DNA from: a virus
Taxonomy: Duplodnaviria > Caudoviricetes
DNA: 64,000 nucleotides
IMG/VR virus record: IMGVR_UViG_3300028591_000122
Coordinates: 1 to 64,000 of that record
Direction: 5' to 3' (one strand)
Shown here: in pieces, positions 1 to 11,410 of the stretch
Position numbering within the stretch: the stretch's first letter is position 1
How the letters are laid out: every line of letters begins with the position of its first letter
Notes under the pieces: generated by a model
Seen by the model: the letters and a program-made list of their open reading frames with translations, nothing else
Databases searched by the model: none
What the model was told of the DNA's origin: nothing
Made by a program: the position numbers and the translations under genes

Positions 1-23
1 GTTTTAAAATATGGTCTCTTCAT
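1..23 (-). CDS. 5' end of a gene running off the window (MKRPYFK...)
   Basis: ATG at 23 with AGGAGG RBS at 31-36, downstream of a consensus promoter. Confidence 0.7.
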
Positions 24-58
24 AATCTTACCTCCTATTGGTTTTTTATTATGTATTT

Positions 59-87
59 ATTATACCATAATCTATCAGGTTTGTCAA
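59..87 (-). promoter_or_regulatory. sigma70/SigA promoter
   Basis: TTGACA-17 bp-TATAAT, perfect consensus on the minus strand. Confidence 0.85.
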
Positions 88-91
88 AGAC

Positions 92-126
92 AAAAAAAGT
101 GGCAAATTTATCTATCTTTGCCACTT
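92..126 (-). terminator. Intrinsic terminator ending the upstream small-gene array
   Basis: AAGTGGCAAA/TTTGCCACTT stem followed by a T-run on the minus strand. Confidence 0.75.
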
Positions 127-266
127 GATAATCCATCTGAATACACTTACCTGTCCATATAGACGCAAATAAGAGAGAAAAATTGTTAGACAACTTTCTC
201 ATCTATCTTTGTTATATATAAAAACAACTATTTCAAACAATATTATTAATACTATCCCAAAAAATT

Positions 267-488
267 TCATTTCTTCTCCTGTGTAACAATCATAACGTCT
301 TTTACTGCTTTTTGCATTGATTCAGACATACCTGAATATAATTCGATTATATCTTCATATTTCTCAAGTGATATGCCATTAGCTGTTGCATTGATTAAGT
401 GAAAGCCTAAAACTCCCATATCATTATCACTTTTTAATTTTAAGCAATCCTTATACACTCTTTCGTCTATATCAATTATCAGTTTCAT
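267..488 (-). CDS. Small modular hypothetical protein (MKLIIDI...NG.LE type)
   Basis: 73 aa ORF, RBS inside the upstream gene end; paralogs at 4263, 29559, 30021. Confidence 0.8.
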   Translation of the reverse strand: MKLIIDIDERVYKDCLKLKSDNDMGVLGFHLINATANGISLEKYEDIIELYSGMSESMQKAVKDVMIVTQEKK

Positions 489-715
489 TCTGTTTCTCCT
501 TTCAGTTTTGCAATATGTTTGTCTATGATTTTTAAGTTATCAAATACTTCGCACCACTCATCAAGATTGTCCGCATAGCATTTTTCAATATCATATCCAA
601 CATCACACTTATTACAATGCTTTGCAATTATTTCTGCCTTTATCTTTGCAAGTTCTTCGATAGCACCATCTTTTTTACCATTGATATAATCTTTACATTC
701 CAAACAATGACTCAT
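485..715 (-). CDS. Small modular hypothetical protein (CxxC...IEEL.KIKAEI...IDKHI.KLKGE)
   Basis: 76 aa ORF; paralog at 14134-14349. Confidence 0.8.
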   Translation of the reverse strand: MSHCLECKDYINGKKDGAIEELAKIKAEIIAKHCNKCDVGYDIEKCYADNLDEWCEVFDNLKIIDKHIAKLKGETE

Positions 716-716
716 T

Positions 717-782
717 TTAATTACTTCCTTTCAGTTCGGCTATATGATTGTCTATCTTAATTACTAACTCTATATCTGCCAT
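717..782 (-). CDS. 21-aa mini-ORF MADIELVIKIDNHIAELKGSN (start module fused to end module)
   Basis: Read directly; GTGAGG RBS upstream; absent from the ORF track. Confidence 0.6.
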   Translation of the reverse strand: MADIELVIKIDNHIAELKGSN

Positions 783-784
783 AT

Positions 785-937
785 TTATTCCTCACTTTCT
801 ACCTTTGACTTAATCTGCTTTTCAAAGTATTCATCAGTACAAAGTTGATAAGGCTTTTTATCAATATAAATTGTTACGGGTTTGTCGTCACATAATGTCA
901 ACATATCTGGTCTGCTTAATATAATAAATTCAGTCAT
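785..937 (-). CDS. 50-aa hypothetical protein ending VESEE
   Basis: Read directly; ATGA overlap with the upstream gene. Confidence 0.65.
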   Translation of the reverse strand: MTEFIILSRPDMLTLCDDKPVTIYIDKKPYQLCTDEYFEKQIKSKVESEE

Positions 938-1377
938 TTCTCTTCCTCACTTTCTATCTTGTATGGTTTAGGTAATGGCATCCATGCTTTAATTTTTCCA
1001 TTAAACCAAAATTCCTCGCCCCCATAAACTGTTAAAATAACTCTTAATTCATCATAATCGCTATCCGCACTCGCTAATACAATATCATTAAAATTCGGTA
1101 GCCTCTCACTAACAGGAATCCATTTTGGCTGTGGTGTGACGGGTGGCATTTCTTTAATATCTTGACAAACTAACTCATTTTCCGAACTATGTCCTAATTC
1201 CGCCCAACTTCCCTCAATGTATTCAAGCACCGCCTGTCTGCTTATACAATCCTCGCAAGGTTCTTGCTCTAATGCTTTAATTCCCATTTGTAAAGCCGTA
1301 TCATAATCGGAATTGTGATTATCTTCTACCATTCCGATAAGATTATCTAATAAATCTATTGCTTCTTCTCTTGTCAT
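934..1377 (-). CDS. Modular phage protein with DUF551-like C-terminus
   Basis: WIPVSERLP...AWMPLPKPY motif; middle segment shared with 18748-19185. Confidence 0.75.
   Translation of the reverse strand: MTREEAIDLLDNLIGMVEDNHNSDYDTALQMGIKALEQEPCEDCISRQAVLEYIEGSWAELGHSSENELVCQDIKEMPPVTPQPKWIPVSERLPNFNDIVLASADSDYDELRVILTVYGGEEFWFNGKIKAWMPLPKPYKIESEEEK
1127..1278. repeat. 152-bp dispersed repeat, copy 1 (copy 2 at 18917-19068)
   Basis: Gapless alignment with 13 mismatches and a 62-bp perfect core (1169-1230). Confidence 0.95.
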
Positions 1378-4300
1378 TCCTTATCCTCTTCTTCCTGTGT
1401 CTCTACATACTTCTTTTCAATTTGTTCAAGATTATCAGCAAATTCATTAAAGGCTTGTGCAACCTCTCTTGATTCATCAATAATCTTTTTTAAATTCATT
1501 TCTGCTGTAATTTTATATGTTGCCATATCACTCCTCACTTTCTTTCTTATCCCACTTCGGGCATATAAAGTGTATCTGACCATCGCCGCCTTGTTCAGCC
1601 CATCTGCACATTCTTAATGGTGATATCTGATGTTTGCAGTTTTTACAACCTTTATAGCCAATTTTCTTAATAAGTTTTTGTAGTTCCTTATCCTCACTTT
1701 CTTCCAACAAAAATACTCGCCGTGATTGTTGGTGCTTCACATTCAGTATCAATCTCATAAGTTATGTTCTCTTTAATAGCCTCAAATAAATCTTTTGTTA
1801 ATGATTGTTTGAATAATGCTATAAATCCTGCATCATATGGTCGGTATGGTGGCAAAAATCTTCTTGACCGATACTCTTGAAATTGCATTGTCGTATGTGT
1901 TACAAACTTTGGCTTATTATATAAGTCATATAATTCCTGCATAGTAGGACTGTCCGTAATAATTCTACGCATTAAATCATTATCTGATTGAAGCTTTCCT
2001 ATCTGCTTTTTAAGGTGTTTTTTCATCTGCCTTGCGTTCATTTCTATCTCCTTTCAGTTTTCCTCACTTTCTGCCTTGACTAAATCCTTACTATATCAAC
2101 ACAAATCTTGCCATTAACAATTGTTTTGGTGTAAATATAATTTCTTCCTGTATAAGGACAATGAATTACGACAAATCTATTTTCCATCTGCTTCTCCTTT
2201 CAGTTCAGATATTCTAACTAAAATAACATCAAGGGCTGAATCAACTGAATCACACTCTATATCAATCTTTTCCTTTATTTTTCAAGTTCTTCAACAATCA
2301 TTTGTTGTTTAACATCTGCCCAATTTTGGTGATTGCCATCAGTAATACAAGGCAAACAAGGATATTCATTAAATCTTCTATCTCTATAAAAGCAATTAGA
2401 ACATCTTTTTTCATTGTGTATCTCCTTTCAATTTAGATACAACACTTCTTATTCCGCTCATAGCAATCTCGATATCTTTTGCATTGACTCTGTATTGTTT
2501 TGTATATACGTCAAACAACCACTTTTCTTCGAAATCAATTTTTTTAATAATTTCATTGTACTCGTTATTTGTCATTTCGTTTCTCCTTTTGTAATCTTTT
2601 TCTTTTGGTGACTGTCATATAGTATTTATGTTGGTATTCTTTGTAATGGTCTTTCCGAATATCTTCTTTAGTGCCCTCAAGTTCTTCAATTTTTCTTTCA
2701 TAACTCTTGGCTACTCTTTTCCAATACTCTGTTTCAGTGGACTTAAGTATGTTGCGTTCTCTCTGTGCTTCTGCATCGTGTTTTCTTTGACACATTCCGC
2801 AATAAGGATTAGTTCTACTATCGTATCTGTTTCTAAAGAACTCTGAACCACAATCAACACACTCAAAATAATAAGTTGTTAAATACCATATTTTATTAGG
2901 TTCTACCCTTATTAGTTTTGGAGCTGGTTTGTTTGTCATTCTTTATTCTCCTTTCAATTCTGCTATATGCTCATATATTTTTTCAAATACATCTTCAACA
3001 CAAATCAAATTGTCTAAAATACTCATATCATCAATTTCTTTTAGAAGTTCTTCAAGTGTATTAATTGCAACACTATTTGAATTTTCCAGAGATTTTACAG
3101 CCATATCCATTGCTTCAGAAAGAATTGTATTATTCGACATAAAAGGATTGTGTAAGTTTAAGGTTTCTATTGCTTCATTATTTGTCATTTTTATTCTCCT
3201 CCCCTAAAATTCTTTTAAGTGAATAAATGCTATAAACACCAATTAGCACCCACGGAGAAACAAGCCCGAACCATATAATCCAATATTCAATATCGCTCAT
3301 TATTTATTCTCCTCTAAAGGTTCATACCAATCCTCAATACCTTTTACACATTCATAGCATTCGCCCGATAATTCGTCTGTGTTATTTTTGCAATTATCAC
3401 ATCTGCTCTCCTTGTTCTCTTCTCTTAATCTATATCCGTTTTTATATGCTAATCTCACAAGTTCTTTTGCTTCTTGTATTTTCACGTCTGTCCATTTAGA
3501 ATCAAATGTCGGATTCAGCGTTACAAATAGTGCTTCGTCTAATTCTTCATTTGTAACTTCGTGTTCCTCGACTACTGTACGTGTTTTATAAATTATCATT
3601 CTTGTTTTCTCCTTTTGGTTATACTAATGCATTGCGCATAAACTCACATAATCTCCATCGCAATCTTTAACAATTGTCTTATATGGACAACTTTCTGAAG
3701 ATGTGCAATATGTATCATAATCTCCATCACAATCCTGTCTATAACTTAAATAATGACATTCATTTCTTACATCTAAATCATTCTCGCCCATTGTTCTTCC
3801 CTTTCAGCTCACAATCTTCTTTAAATACTTCTTTCATAGTCATATATTCTGTTTTACCATTAGCGGCATTTTTTGCTTCTTCTTTAATTTGCTTAATGGC
3901 ATCAATTATTTCTTCTTGATTTGTTTTCATTTGTTATCTCCTTCTTCTATATATTTACTTCCACCTTTTAAATATTGCTTACCTTCTTCTGTTTGACACC
4001 ATTCCAAATATTCTTTTTTCATATCTTCTGTAAACAATTCTAAATGTCCGAGCATTATAAGTCCTATTATATCTTTATGATTTTCCCATAACCAATGTTG
4101 TAAACTTTGTGTCAGTGTAACCATTTATTCTCGCCTTAAAACCAATCTTCAAGTTTTTCTTTTATTATTGCTATGCCAAGCCATAAAACCGGAATACCTA
4201 TTATTACTCCGACAATAATCCATCCTATGATTTCTTCATAATACTTAAGTTCAAAATATTTTTCAGCCATTTCCATTGTTATCTCCTTTCAGTTCGGCAA

Positions 4301-6812
4301 TATGTTTGTCTATTATGCTTACCGATAAATCTCTTGTTAAGAGAAATACATTTTCGGCACTATTCCCATTAGCTGACCATAAAGAATAGTCTTGTATCTC
4401 ATCTTTTATCTTTTCAAACTCTCCTTCAAGTGGAGCGCCGTTTGCTATAGTAGTTTCCATTCGCATATTAAAAGTTAAATCTGTCGGTTCCCCATCTAAC
4501 GAAAGTAAATCTTTTCGGAATTTACATTCTCTATAATCTTCTTCAGATATATCAATTATTAGTTTCATTTTTCAACACCTTCTCTTTCATCGTAGACCTG
4601 CACATCCGCTCTTATGATAAGAGTGTTATCAAGACCATCATATTCTGTAAATGATACAAGATTATTTTCATACAGGTATCTACCTATTTCATCACATACG
4701 TGTCTTTTTATGCATTCCTTGTATTCAGCAGTACCCTTTTCATCACAATAACCAAATCTTTCTTTCTGTATTGCTTGCGAGTTACTTATATGTTTCACTT
4801 TACTCAGGACTTCGTGTCTTCCAAACATTCTGCCATCTACATAGCCTTTTTCATATTGATGCCTATCATAATTCAATGCTCGGATAAGTTCGTCCTTATC
4901 AATATCAACACCTATCTTTCTTGTAATTTCTGTCACTATCGCTGCTTCTTCCTGTTTATGCATTTCTTTGATTTGGTCATCAACCATTTGGCTGATTATA
5001 CTTATTGGACTATTGTAACTCATTTATTTAACCTCTCTTTCATCTTTTCTGAAATACCAATGTCTTAAAGACTCATAACAATCTTTACATAAATCTATTT
5101 CTTTTTGCCCTCTATCGGTGTCTCGTGTCATAATAATTTTTCTATTATTTTTGAAGATATAAAAAGACGGACTAAACCAATCAGGAATTTCTTTACCACA
5201 TCTATCACAAGTAATTTTAACAGTTTCTTTTCTCATTCTTCATTCTCCTTTATCTTAAAACTTTGGTCTGTCAATGCTTTATATAACAGTTCTGCTTGTT
5301 CATCTAATTCCATTTTTAAGACATTTGTATGTGTTCCGTCTTTCTTTTGAGTCTGTCTTGCTACGCATATTCCAACTTCATTTGTCTCTTCCTTTTTATT
5401 GAAACTTACTATCAAAAAATCAGTCATTTTTATTCTCCCTATATTTCTCAAAATCTTCACGCATATTTTCCAACATTGTTGTTGCTATCTGTTTATCTTC
5501 TTCGTGTCTGTCTAAAGATAAATAATCACGCAATGCTTGATTAAGCACTAAGCATTCTGTGGGTGTTAACTCCAATTTTACACATTTAACTATATCTTCA
5601 TCTTTTAAAATAAGTTCTGCTTTCATTGTGTTCTTCTCCTTATTCATTAATGTTTTCGTCAATTAAATCCATTATTATTCCGCAGGCTTCATTAAATTCT
5701 GTCCAATTATAATCGGCGTGATTCTCATCATAATAATGGAAAACTCTTCTAACTATTCTTGTAAGGTTTTCTTTTTTGTCGCATTTTAACTTTTCAATAT
5801 CAGACCATAATAGGCATATCACTTTGTTTTCAAGATATATTGCCAAAACATTGTCATCTTTAATCAAATCTATATCAATGTTTTCTTTATGGGTATTTTC
5901 ATCGGCATTAAGAATTGTACATACTGTTTTCATCATTATCCCCTTTCAAATCTTCTAACAACTTGGATTGTAATGCTTGTAAATCGTTGATGACTTCTGT
6001 TATCTGTTCAATAGCAACCTTTTTATCTGGGTGTGCTATGAGTCGTTTATTCTTTTCGTCTCCTCTAAATGAATAACTACGAGATTTGTATGTGACTATC
6101 CATTCGTCCGGTCTTGATGCGTAATGTTCAAGATGAAATTTACATCGTCCAACTTCTACAACTTTATTAGTAAGTTTCTTAATCTCTGCTTCAATCTCTC
6201 TCTTCTGTTGTCTTAATGCTTCCAATCGTGTCATATTATTCTCCTTATACAATAAATCTTGCACCACAATTCTTACATTCTCCCCACGCTGATTGCCACT
6301 TCTTTGTAACTACGTTTTTGCGCATATGGGTTTCCATAGTGTAATTATTACAAGAAAAGCAATAATCGTTAGGAACTATCTTTTCTCCTTGCCTATCTTT
6401 AAGCCATTTAATTTGTGCTTTATCTGCTATGGCTACTTGATGGCAATTAACACACTCGCAACTTTGTCCATCTTTTAATAAATAAACAGGAACCGCTCCG
6501 TATTCTTGAGAACAGTCACTACAGCAAGGAGATTTATAGCATCTATCAGAATGTAAATCGTAATCTTCTCTCCAAACTATTTTCATTTTACTCTCCTTTC
6601 GAATAATACTTTGGTATCTTTTCATATACATCGACACCTTTATCATATCCTAATGTTCTTAATGTTCTACACATCAAGTCATCAGCTTGTTTATGAAAGT
6701 TCTCAAAGTCTCTTTCCTTTTCAACTCCGTTTGATATGTAACTATTATTCTCTATAAGTTCTTGCATATTTTTTTGAAAGTCAGCGGCACTAATAAATAT
6801 CATACCAATCAC
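1374..6812 (-). other. Array of about 20 small, tightly coupled hypothetical ORFs (e.g. 1374-1526, 1694-2041, 2565-2939, 2943-3188, 3300-3599, 4263-4568, 4565-5023, 5024-5236), several with CxxC motifs
   Basis: Abutting or overlapping minus-strand ORFs, each with AGGAG/GAGG RBS. Confidence 0.75.
2080..2414 (-). pseudogene. Modular gene broken by two single-base losses in A-runs (pseudogene or assembly error)
   Basis: Restored frame reads MKKRCSNC...EELEK/IKEKID...RISELKGE; breaks near 2406-2411 and 2278-2282. Confidence 0.55.
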
Positions 6813-7096
6813 TCTCCTCTCATTTTCTTTAACTCACTGTACGGCAACGACTCTTGTGGGAGTAAATTCTTTTTTAATTCCCATCTATGTCGTTGAATAG
6901 CACCTCTACTTCTTCGTAATTGTTTGGATAATTCCAAATCACTTACTTCGTGTTTTAAAATTGCTTCATCTTCGGCTTTAGTATAAGGTCTTTTATCATA
7001 GAGATACGCACCGCCACGTTGTCGGTAGCGGTCCGATTGTCTCTTTTTAGTTGCTTTATATTTGTCTAAATCTTTATACATTTCTTTTCTGTTCAT
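6809..7096 (-). CDS. Small basic HTH/Myb-like DNA-binding protein
   Basis: YT.AEDEAIL...ELSKQLRRSRGAIQRHR pattern; start uncertain. Confidence 0.45.
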   Translation of the reverse strand: MNRKEMYKDLDKYKATKKRQSDRYRQRGGAYLYDKRPYTKAEDEAILKHEVSDLELSKQLRRSRGAIQRHRWELKKNLLPQESLPYSELKKMRGE

Positions 7097-9017
7097 CTTT
7101 TTTATCTCCATATATTTCCATCGCATAATCCTTTAATTTCTCTGGAATTTCAAGATTAGCATTAGCTTTTTCGCTATCCCACTTGAAGTTTCTCGTGTAT
7201 TCTTCGTAATTCGTATAGAATCTACGAGATGGAACATCATAATAAAAAGGTATCTCAACACCGTTACGTCCTTGTACTCTGTCTTTAATGATAGACAACA
7301 GAACATCGTGTCTGTTATAAGGACATTTAGGGTCTTCCTTTTCTTTTTTAGATATTCTTCTTAATGCGAAACTCAAATGAGCAAGGTTAATAATGTTTGA
7401 CGAACCACTAATATCATACATATCAACTTCTCTTACACCAGCAGGAAGTTTCTTTGGGTGACAAACAATAATAATTGCTACATTAAACTTCTTTGCAAAC
7501 TTAATTAGCCTGTTAAAGAACACCGTTTGAGCATCATACTTATCATTACTTGCATTATTAAGAGCAATACACATCAAGTTATCAATGATAAGAGTCCGTA
7601 TACCGAACTTTCTAACACATTCTTCCATACTAACAAAGAGTGAATCTTCATCATTCGGAGCATCGTCTTTATAAATGTACAACTGCCCGTCATAAAATCG
7701 TCTTATTTTCTCTTTTATCTCAGGCGGTGTCTTATAATATGGCGCTCCAGTGTATGTACTGATGTATTCGTTAATGTTTCCTCTACCAGCAAGTCCTAAT
7801 GTTAACCAGTTAGATAAAATATTTGAGTTCATCTCATTTGAGAATATCCAAACACGTTCTCCAGAATCAATTACATTACCTATAATCTGATTTAAGAATG
7901 AACTTTTACCAGATGATGGAAGACCACTGACGATTGTAATCATTGAGTAAAATATTTTACCTATGACTTTATCTACTTCTTTAAATCCAGTGTAAATTCC
8001 GGGCATCTTATCTATATCAACATCCTCAATAGTAGAGAAGTCCACAACAGATTGAACAGGAGAGTCTTTTGCGTTAACAATTGCGTCTAAAACCGCTTCC
8101 TTGCCCTTATAGTAGAGAAGTTCGTTAATGTCCTTTACTGTAACGGTACGGTCATTAAACTCAACCGTGGTAGGTATGTCAACAACACCAGTTCTCCAAG
8201 TTCCTAATCGGTATATTACTTCTTTTTGAGCCTTAATACCCGCTTCATCATTATCAAAAGCAAGTATAATTGAGTTAAACTGTTCAAGAAACTCCCAATT
8301 CTGTTCTATCCAACCATAATTATTTGCTCCTAAAGGAACAGATACGGAGTTTTTATACCCTGACTCAATAGCGGCAAGGCAATCAGGCTCCCCTTCTAAA
8401 ATTAGTAGAGGTTGATTAGGGTTAACTCGGTTCATATTGAATAATAATTGAGTTGTATCTGCACCCTTTTGACACCATGATTTGTTCTCGCCTTTTTGTG
8501 GTTTACGACTCAGTTTGTATTTAACCATAGTTAATACATCATTAGTATCATAATAGTTAAATACTGCGTTTCCACCTTTATCTTCACGAACATCACAATA
8601 ATCAAGAGTCTCTCTTGATATGCACCGTTTCTTGAAGTATTCTGTTATGTTTTCTTTTTCTGTTATAGGTTCTTCTTTAGGATACCTATATTGAGATTTA
8701 GTTCTAACACCCTTTTCTCCAAATGTATAAGAAATCCCAGCCTTTTCAAAGATTTGTTCGCAAGCTTCGTTGAATGTAAGACCGCTTTCCATATATGCGT
8801 CCACTATATCAACGTTGTGAGAGCAACCAAAGCAGTGAAAATTTAATGCTTTAGGATTCCAAACAAAACTAGGAGTGTCTTCACTATGTACGGGACATAA
8901 AGCCTTATGATTTCTCGAATCATATTGTTGTAGATTTAATAAATCTGCAATCAAATCTGGTGTTTCATTGGCTATAGCCCGTTTTGCTTGTTCTAATTTG
9001 TCTTTGTCAATAAGCAT
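7074..9017 (-). CDS. DNA primase-helicase (T7 gp4/Twinkle-like)
   Basis: CPVH...CFGC zinc finger, TOPRIM EGEPD and FDND, Walker A GLPSSGKS, IIDNL, HP.K and SGS SF4 helicase motifs. Confidence 0.92.
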   Translation of the reverse strand: MLIDKDKLEQAKRAIANETPDLIADLLNLQQYDSRNHKALCPVHSEDTPSFVWNPKALNFHCFGCSHNVDIVDAYMESGLTFNEACEQIFEKAGISYTFGEKGVRTKSQYRYPKEEPITEKENITEYFKKRCISRETLDYCDVREDKGGNAVFNYYDTNDVLTMVKYKLSRKPQKGENKSWCQKGADTTQLLFNMNRVNPNQPLLILEGEPDCLAAIESGYKNSVSVPLGANNYGWIEQNWEFLEQFNSIILAFDNDEAGIKAQKEVIYRLGTWRTGVVDIPTTVEFNDRTVTVKDINELLYYKGKEAVLDAIVNAKDSPVQSVVDFSTIEDVDIDKMPGIYTGFKEVDKVIGKIFYSMITIVSGLPSSGKSSFLNQIIGNVIDSGERVWIFSNEMNSNILSNWLTLGLAGRGNINEYISTYTGAPYYKTPPEIKEKIRRFYDGQLYIYKDDAPNDEDSLFVSMEECVRKFGIRTLIIDNLMCIALNNASNDKYDAQTVFFNRLIKFAKKFNVAIIIVCHPKKLPAGVREVDMYDISGSSNIINLAHLSFALRRISKKEKEDPKCPYNRHDVLLSIIKDRVQGRNGVEIPFYYDVPSRRFYTNYEEYTRNFKWDSEKANANLEIPEKLKDYAMEIYGDKKDEQKRNV

Positions 9018-9039
9018 TTGTTTCGCCCCTTTAATCTAT

Positions 9040-9573
9040 TTATCGAATCTGCATATTGAGATTTCTAACTAGCTCTGCTCCCTTTACTTTTTCCCCATTT
9101 TTGAGAGCCTTTGTAATATCTTCTGTGCTTATTTTTGTAACTACTTCCTTGGTCTTGTATTTCTTTGGAATTAAATCCGCATCAAGAATCTCAAGTTTAG
9201 TAGACTTTCTATAAGAGATAATTGCTTTAGGGTCATCAATCTTCCACTTATTACAACCATCAAAGTCGTTATCAATATCATTAAGACGATGTTTAATAAC
9301 ATTATCCATAGCCTTTTTATATCTCTCTACGGCTTTTTCTTTAGACTGTCTGCGTTTCTTAAGTCTATCTTCTTCTGCTTTTATCTGCTCAATATCACTT
9401 TGAACATTCTTAATGTAACAAGCAGTGTTGATGAGTTTATTTTCCATATCCATTTGGATATCTTCATACATTCTTTGGAAGTCTTCTTCGGAAACAGCAA
9501 CTTCTCCGGTCTCTGTATCAACACCATATGTTTCAAGGTTTAATAATCTTTGGTCAATTTCGTATAAATTCAT
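9040..9573 (-). CDS. Siphovirus Gp157 family protein
   Basis: MNLYEI...IKAEEDRL..RR...ISYRKS...IKALKNGEKVKGAEL..N.QIR. Confidence 0.85.
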   Translation of the reverse strand: MNLYEIDQRLLNLETYGVDTETGEVAVSEEDFQRMYEDIQMDMENKLINTACYIKNVQSDIEQIKAEEDRLKKRRQSKEKAVERYKKAMDNVIKHRLNDIDNDFDGCNKWKIDDPKAIISYRKSTKLEILDADLIPKKYKTKEVVTKISTEDITKALKNGEKVKGAELVRNLNMQIR

Positions 9574-9980
9574 TTTTTCTCCTCCATATCTTTTTCATAT
9601 ACTATGTAATCACCTTTATCCCAGTCGTAATTATCTGAATCAACATTGCCTTTGTGTTCTTTAAATTCAGATAAATCAATCTTGTTATTTTTGAACTTTC
9701 CTTTTTCAAGTTCGCAAAGGAACGCAACATTACAAGCCAAGTGCCAAAGGTGTGGCAGACCGCTTTCATCATCTAAGCCGTAAGGGTCTTCAATATATAA
9801 AAGCGTATGTCTTAATAATGCATCTCTGTATCTTTCTACTTCTACAGACTTCCACGATTCTTTCTCTTTGTACTTCTTAAGACCAAACTCTCTTATCCTT
9901 GCAATATTTCTTATAATTTCCATTGGAACCAGACTTAATCTTGGTTTGCCGTTATCAGCTTTAATTTCTTGATTATTCAT
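9570..9980 (-). CDS. dATP/dGTP diphosphohydrolase-domain protein (DUF5664-like)
   Basis: KADNGKPRLSLVP, FG.KKY, Y.DALLRH, D.ESGLPHL.H.ACN; start re-set to MNNQ. Confidence 0.85.
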   Translation of the reverse strand: MNNQEIKADNGKPRLSLVPMEIIRNIARIREFGLKKYKEKESWKSVEVERYRDALLRHTLLYIEDPYGLDDESGLPHLWHLACNVAFLCELEKGKFKNNKIDLSEFKEHKGNVDSDNYDWDKGDYIVYEKDMEEKK

Positions 9981-11329
9981 CTTCTTCTCCTTCATATCCT
10001 GTACATTCATATTTATGGTCACATATTTCACAATCACAGTCACTTAAATAGTTTCCTGTTTGCCAACAATAATCTTCTTTACTGATTCTTGCGGGGATAA
10101 CGTGTGTTGCATTACAATCATCACAACATCTATCATTTTCTCCTTTGGTTACTGGATAAGGATTATTGCCATATCCATCAAATTTTTTACCGCATATAGA
10201 ACATATAAAAGTCATATCAGTCTCCTCTCTACAGTGCTGTAAATCTTACACAACTCGCATCTTTATATCTGTTTGGATAGCCTTTTCTATATTCATATTT
10301 GCGTGAGCCATCAGGATTAAACAGATGCTCTTTAATCGTTTGAGACGTTATCTCTTCTTCGGTTTTTTGATAAACAGTATAACGATTTTTAAATACCGTC
10401 TCTGTGCTTGCTGCGTATACGTCCATCTTAGGCACTTTAAGCAGGTTTGCTACCTGCTCTGCATTGCCCTCAAAGATTGGAACTCCATGTTCTCTTACTA
10501 CAAATACACTCATTAAATACTTTCCCACTCCTTTTCTTCCCAATTTTTTATTCGTTGTTTTGTTTTTTGTTTTTCAAGCTCAGTAAGTCTCTTGCTTTGA
10601 GCCGCCGCCATTATTCTCGCTCTTTCGGAAATGATACTCTTTATTTCTTCATCTTCGATGAGATTAAGTAAATCATCTCTTAATATTCTTATTCCATCAC
10701 CAAGTCCATTATAGTATTTTCTTACTGTAATCGGTGCTTTATAAGGATTTGGTTTCTTACGAGCCTTTTTAGCGGGCGGTTTCGTCATCATTGGACACAT
10801 ACCGGCAGGGGTATCAACTCTTAACTTTTTCATTCAGACCACCAAATATTGAATTAAATTCTTTTTTTAACCAGAAGTTAGCCATTTCGTCGCCTTTTAC
10901 AAGAATGATTGTTTTGTCGTTGTCTATACTACGGTAGCACTCCAGAACAGTTCTTTCACTAAAAGGTTTAAACTTTTCAATTCTTTTATTGCTAGACTTT
11001 ATATTGTCTTGTAATTGCTTGAGTTTGTCATTGTAATCTTTAACGACATCTTCAAACGGCACATCTACTTCCATTGTTTTACCCGTTTTAAAATCGTGTT
11101 CTTTTCTTGTAACTTTGGCTTCTTTATCAGGCGGTGAAGCCAACAAATTATTGTATGCGATTGTTGCCGTTCTAACACTGTTAACAAATGTTTTATACCA
11201 TTTGTCATTAAATATGTGTTCGTTATCCAGAAAAACCTGTGGCTTTCCTATAAAAAAGAAAGCAGAACGAGAACCAATACATACATCTTCTTCGCTATTC
11301 AATTGTAAAAGTTGTGTTCTTAATTTCAT
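9973..11329 (-). other. Four hypothetical ORFs (9973-10215 Cys-rich, 10229-10513, 10513-10833, 10814-11329)
   Basis: Coupled ORFs with RBS; 9973 has CSICG...GNNPYP...CCDDCN. Confidence 0.7.
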
Positions 11330-11410
11330 ATTATCTCCTTTTGGGGTAAACAAAAGAAGCGGACCATTTACTTATATCCACTTCTTTATATTTACCAAAC
11401 ACTTGCTAAA

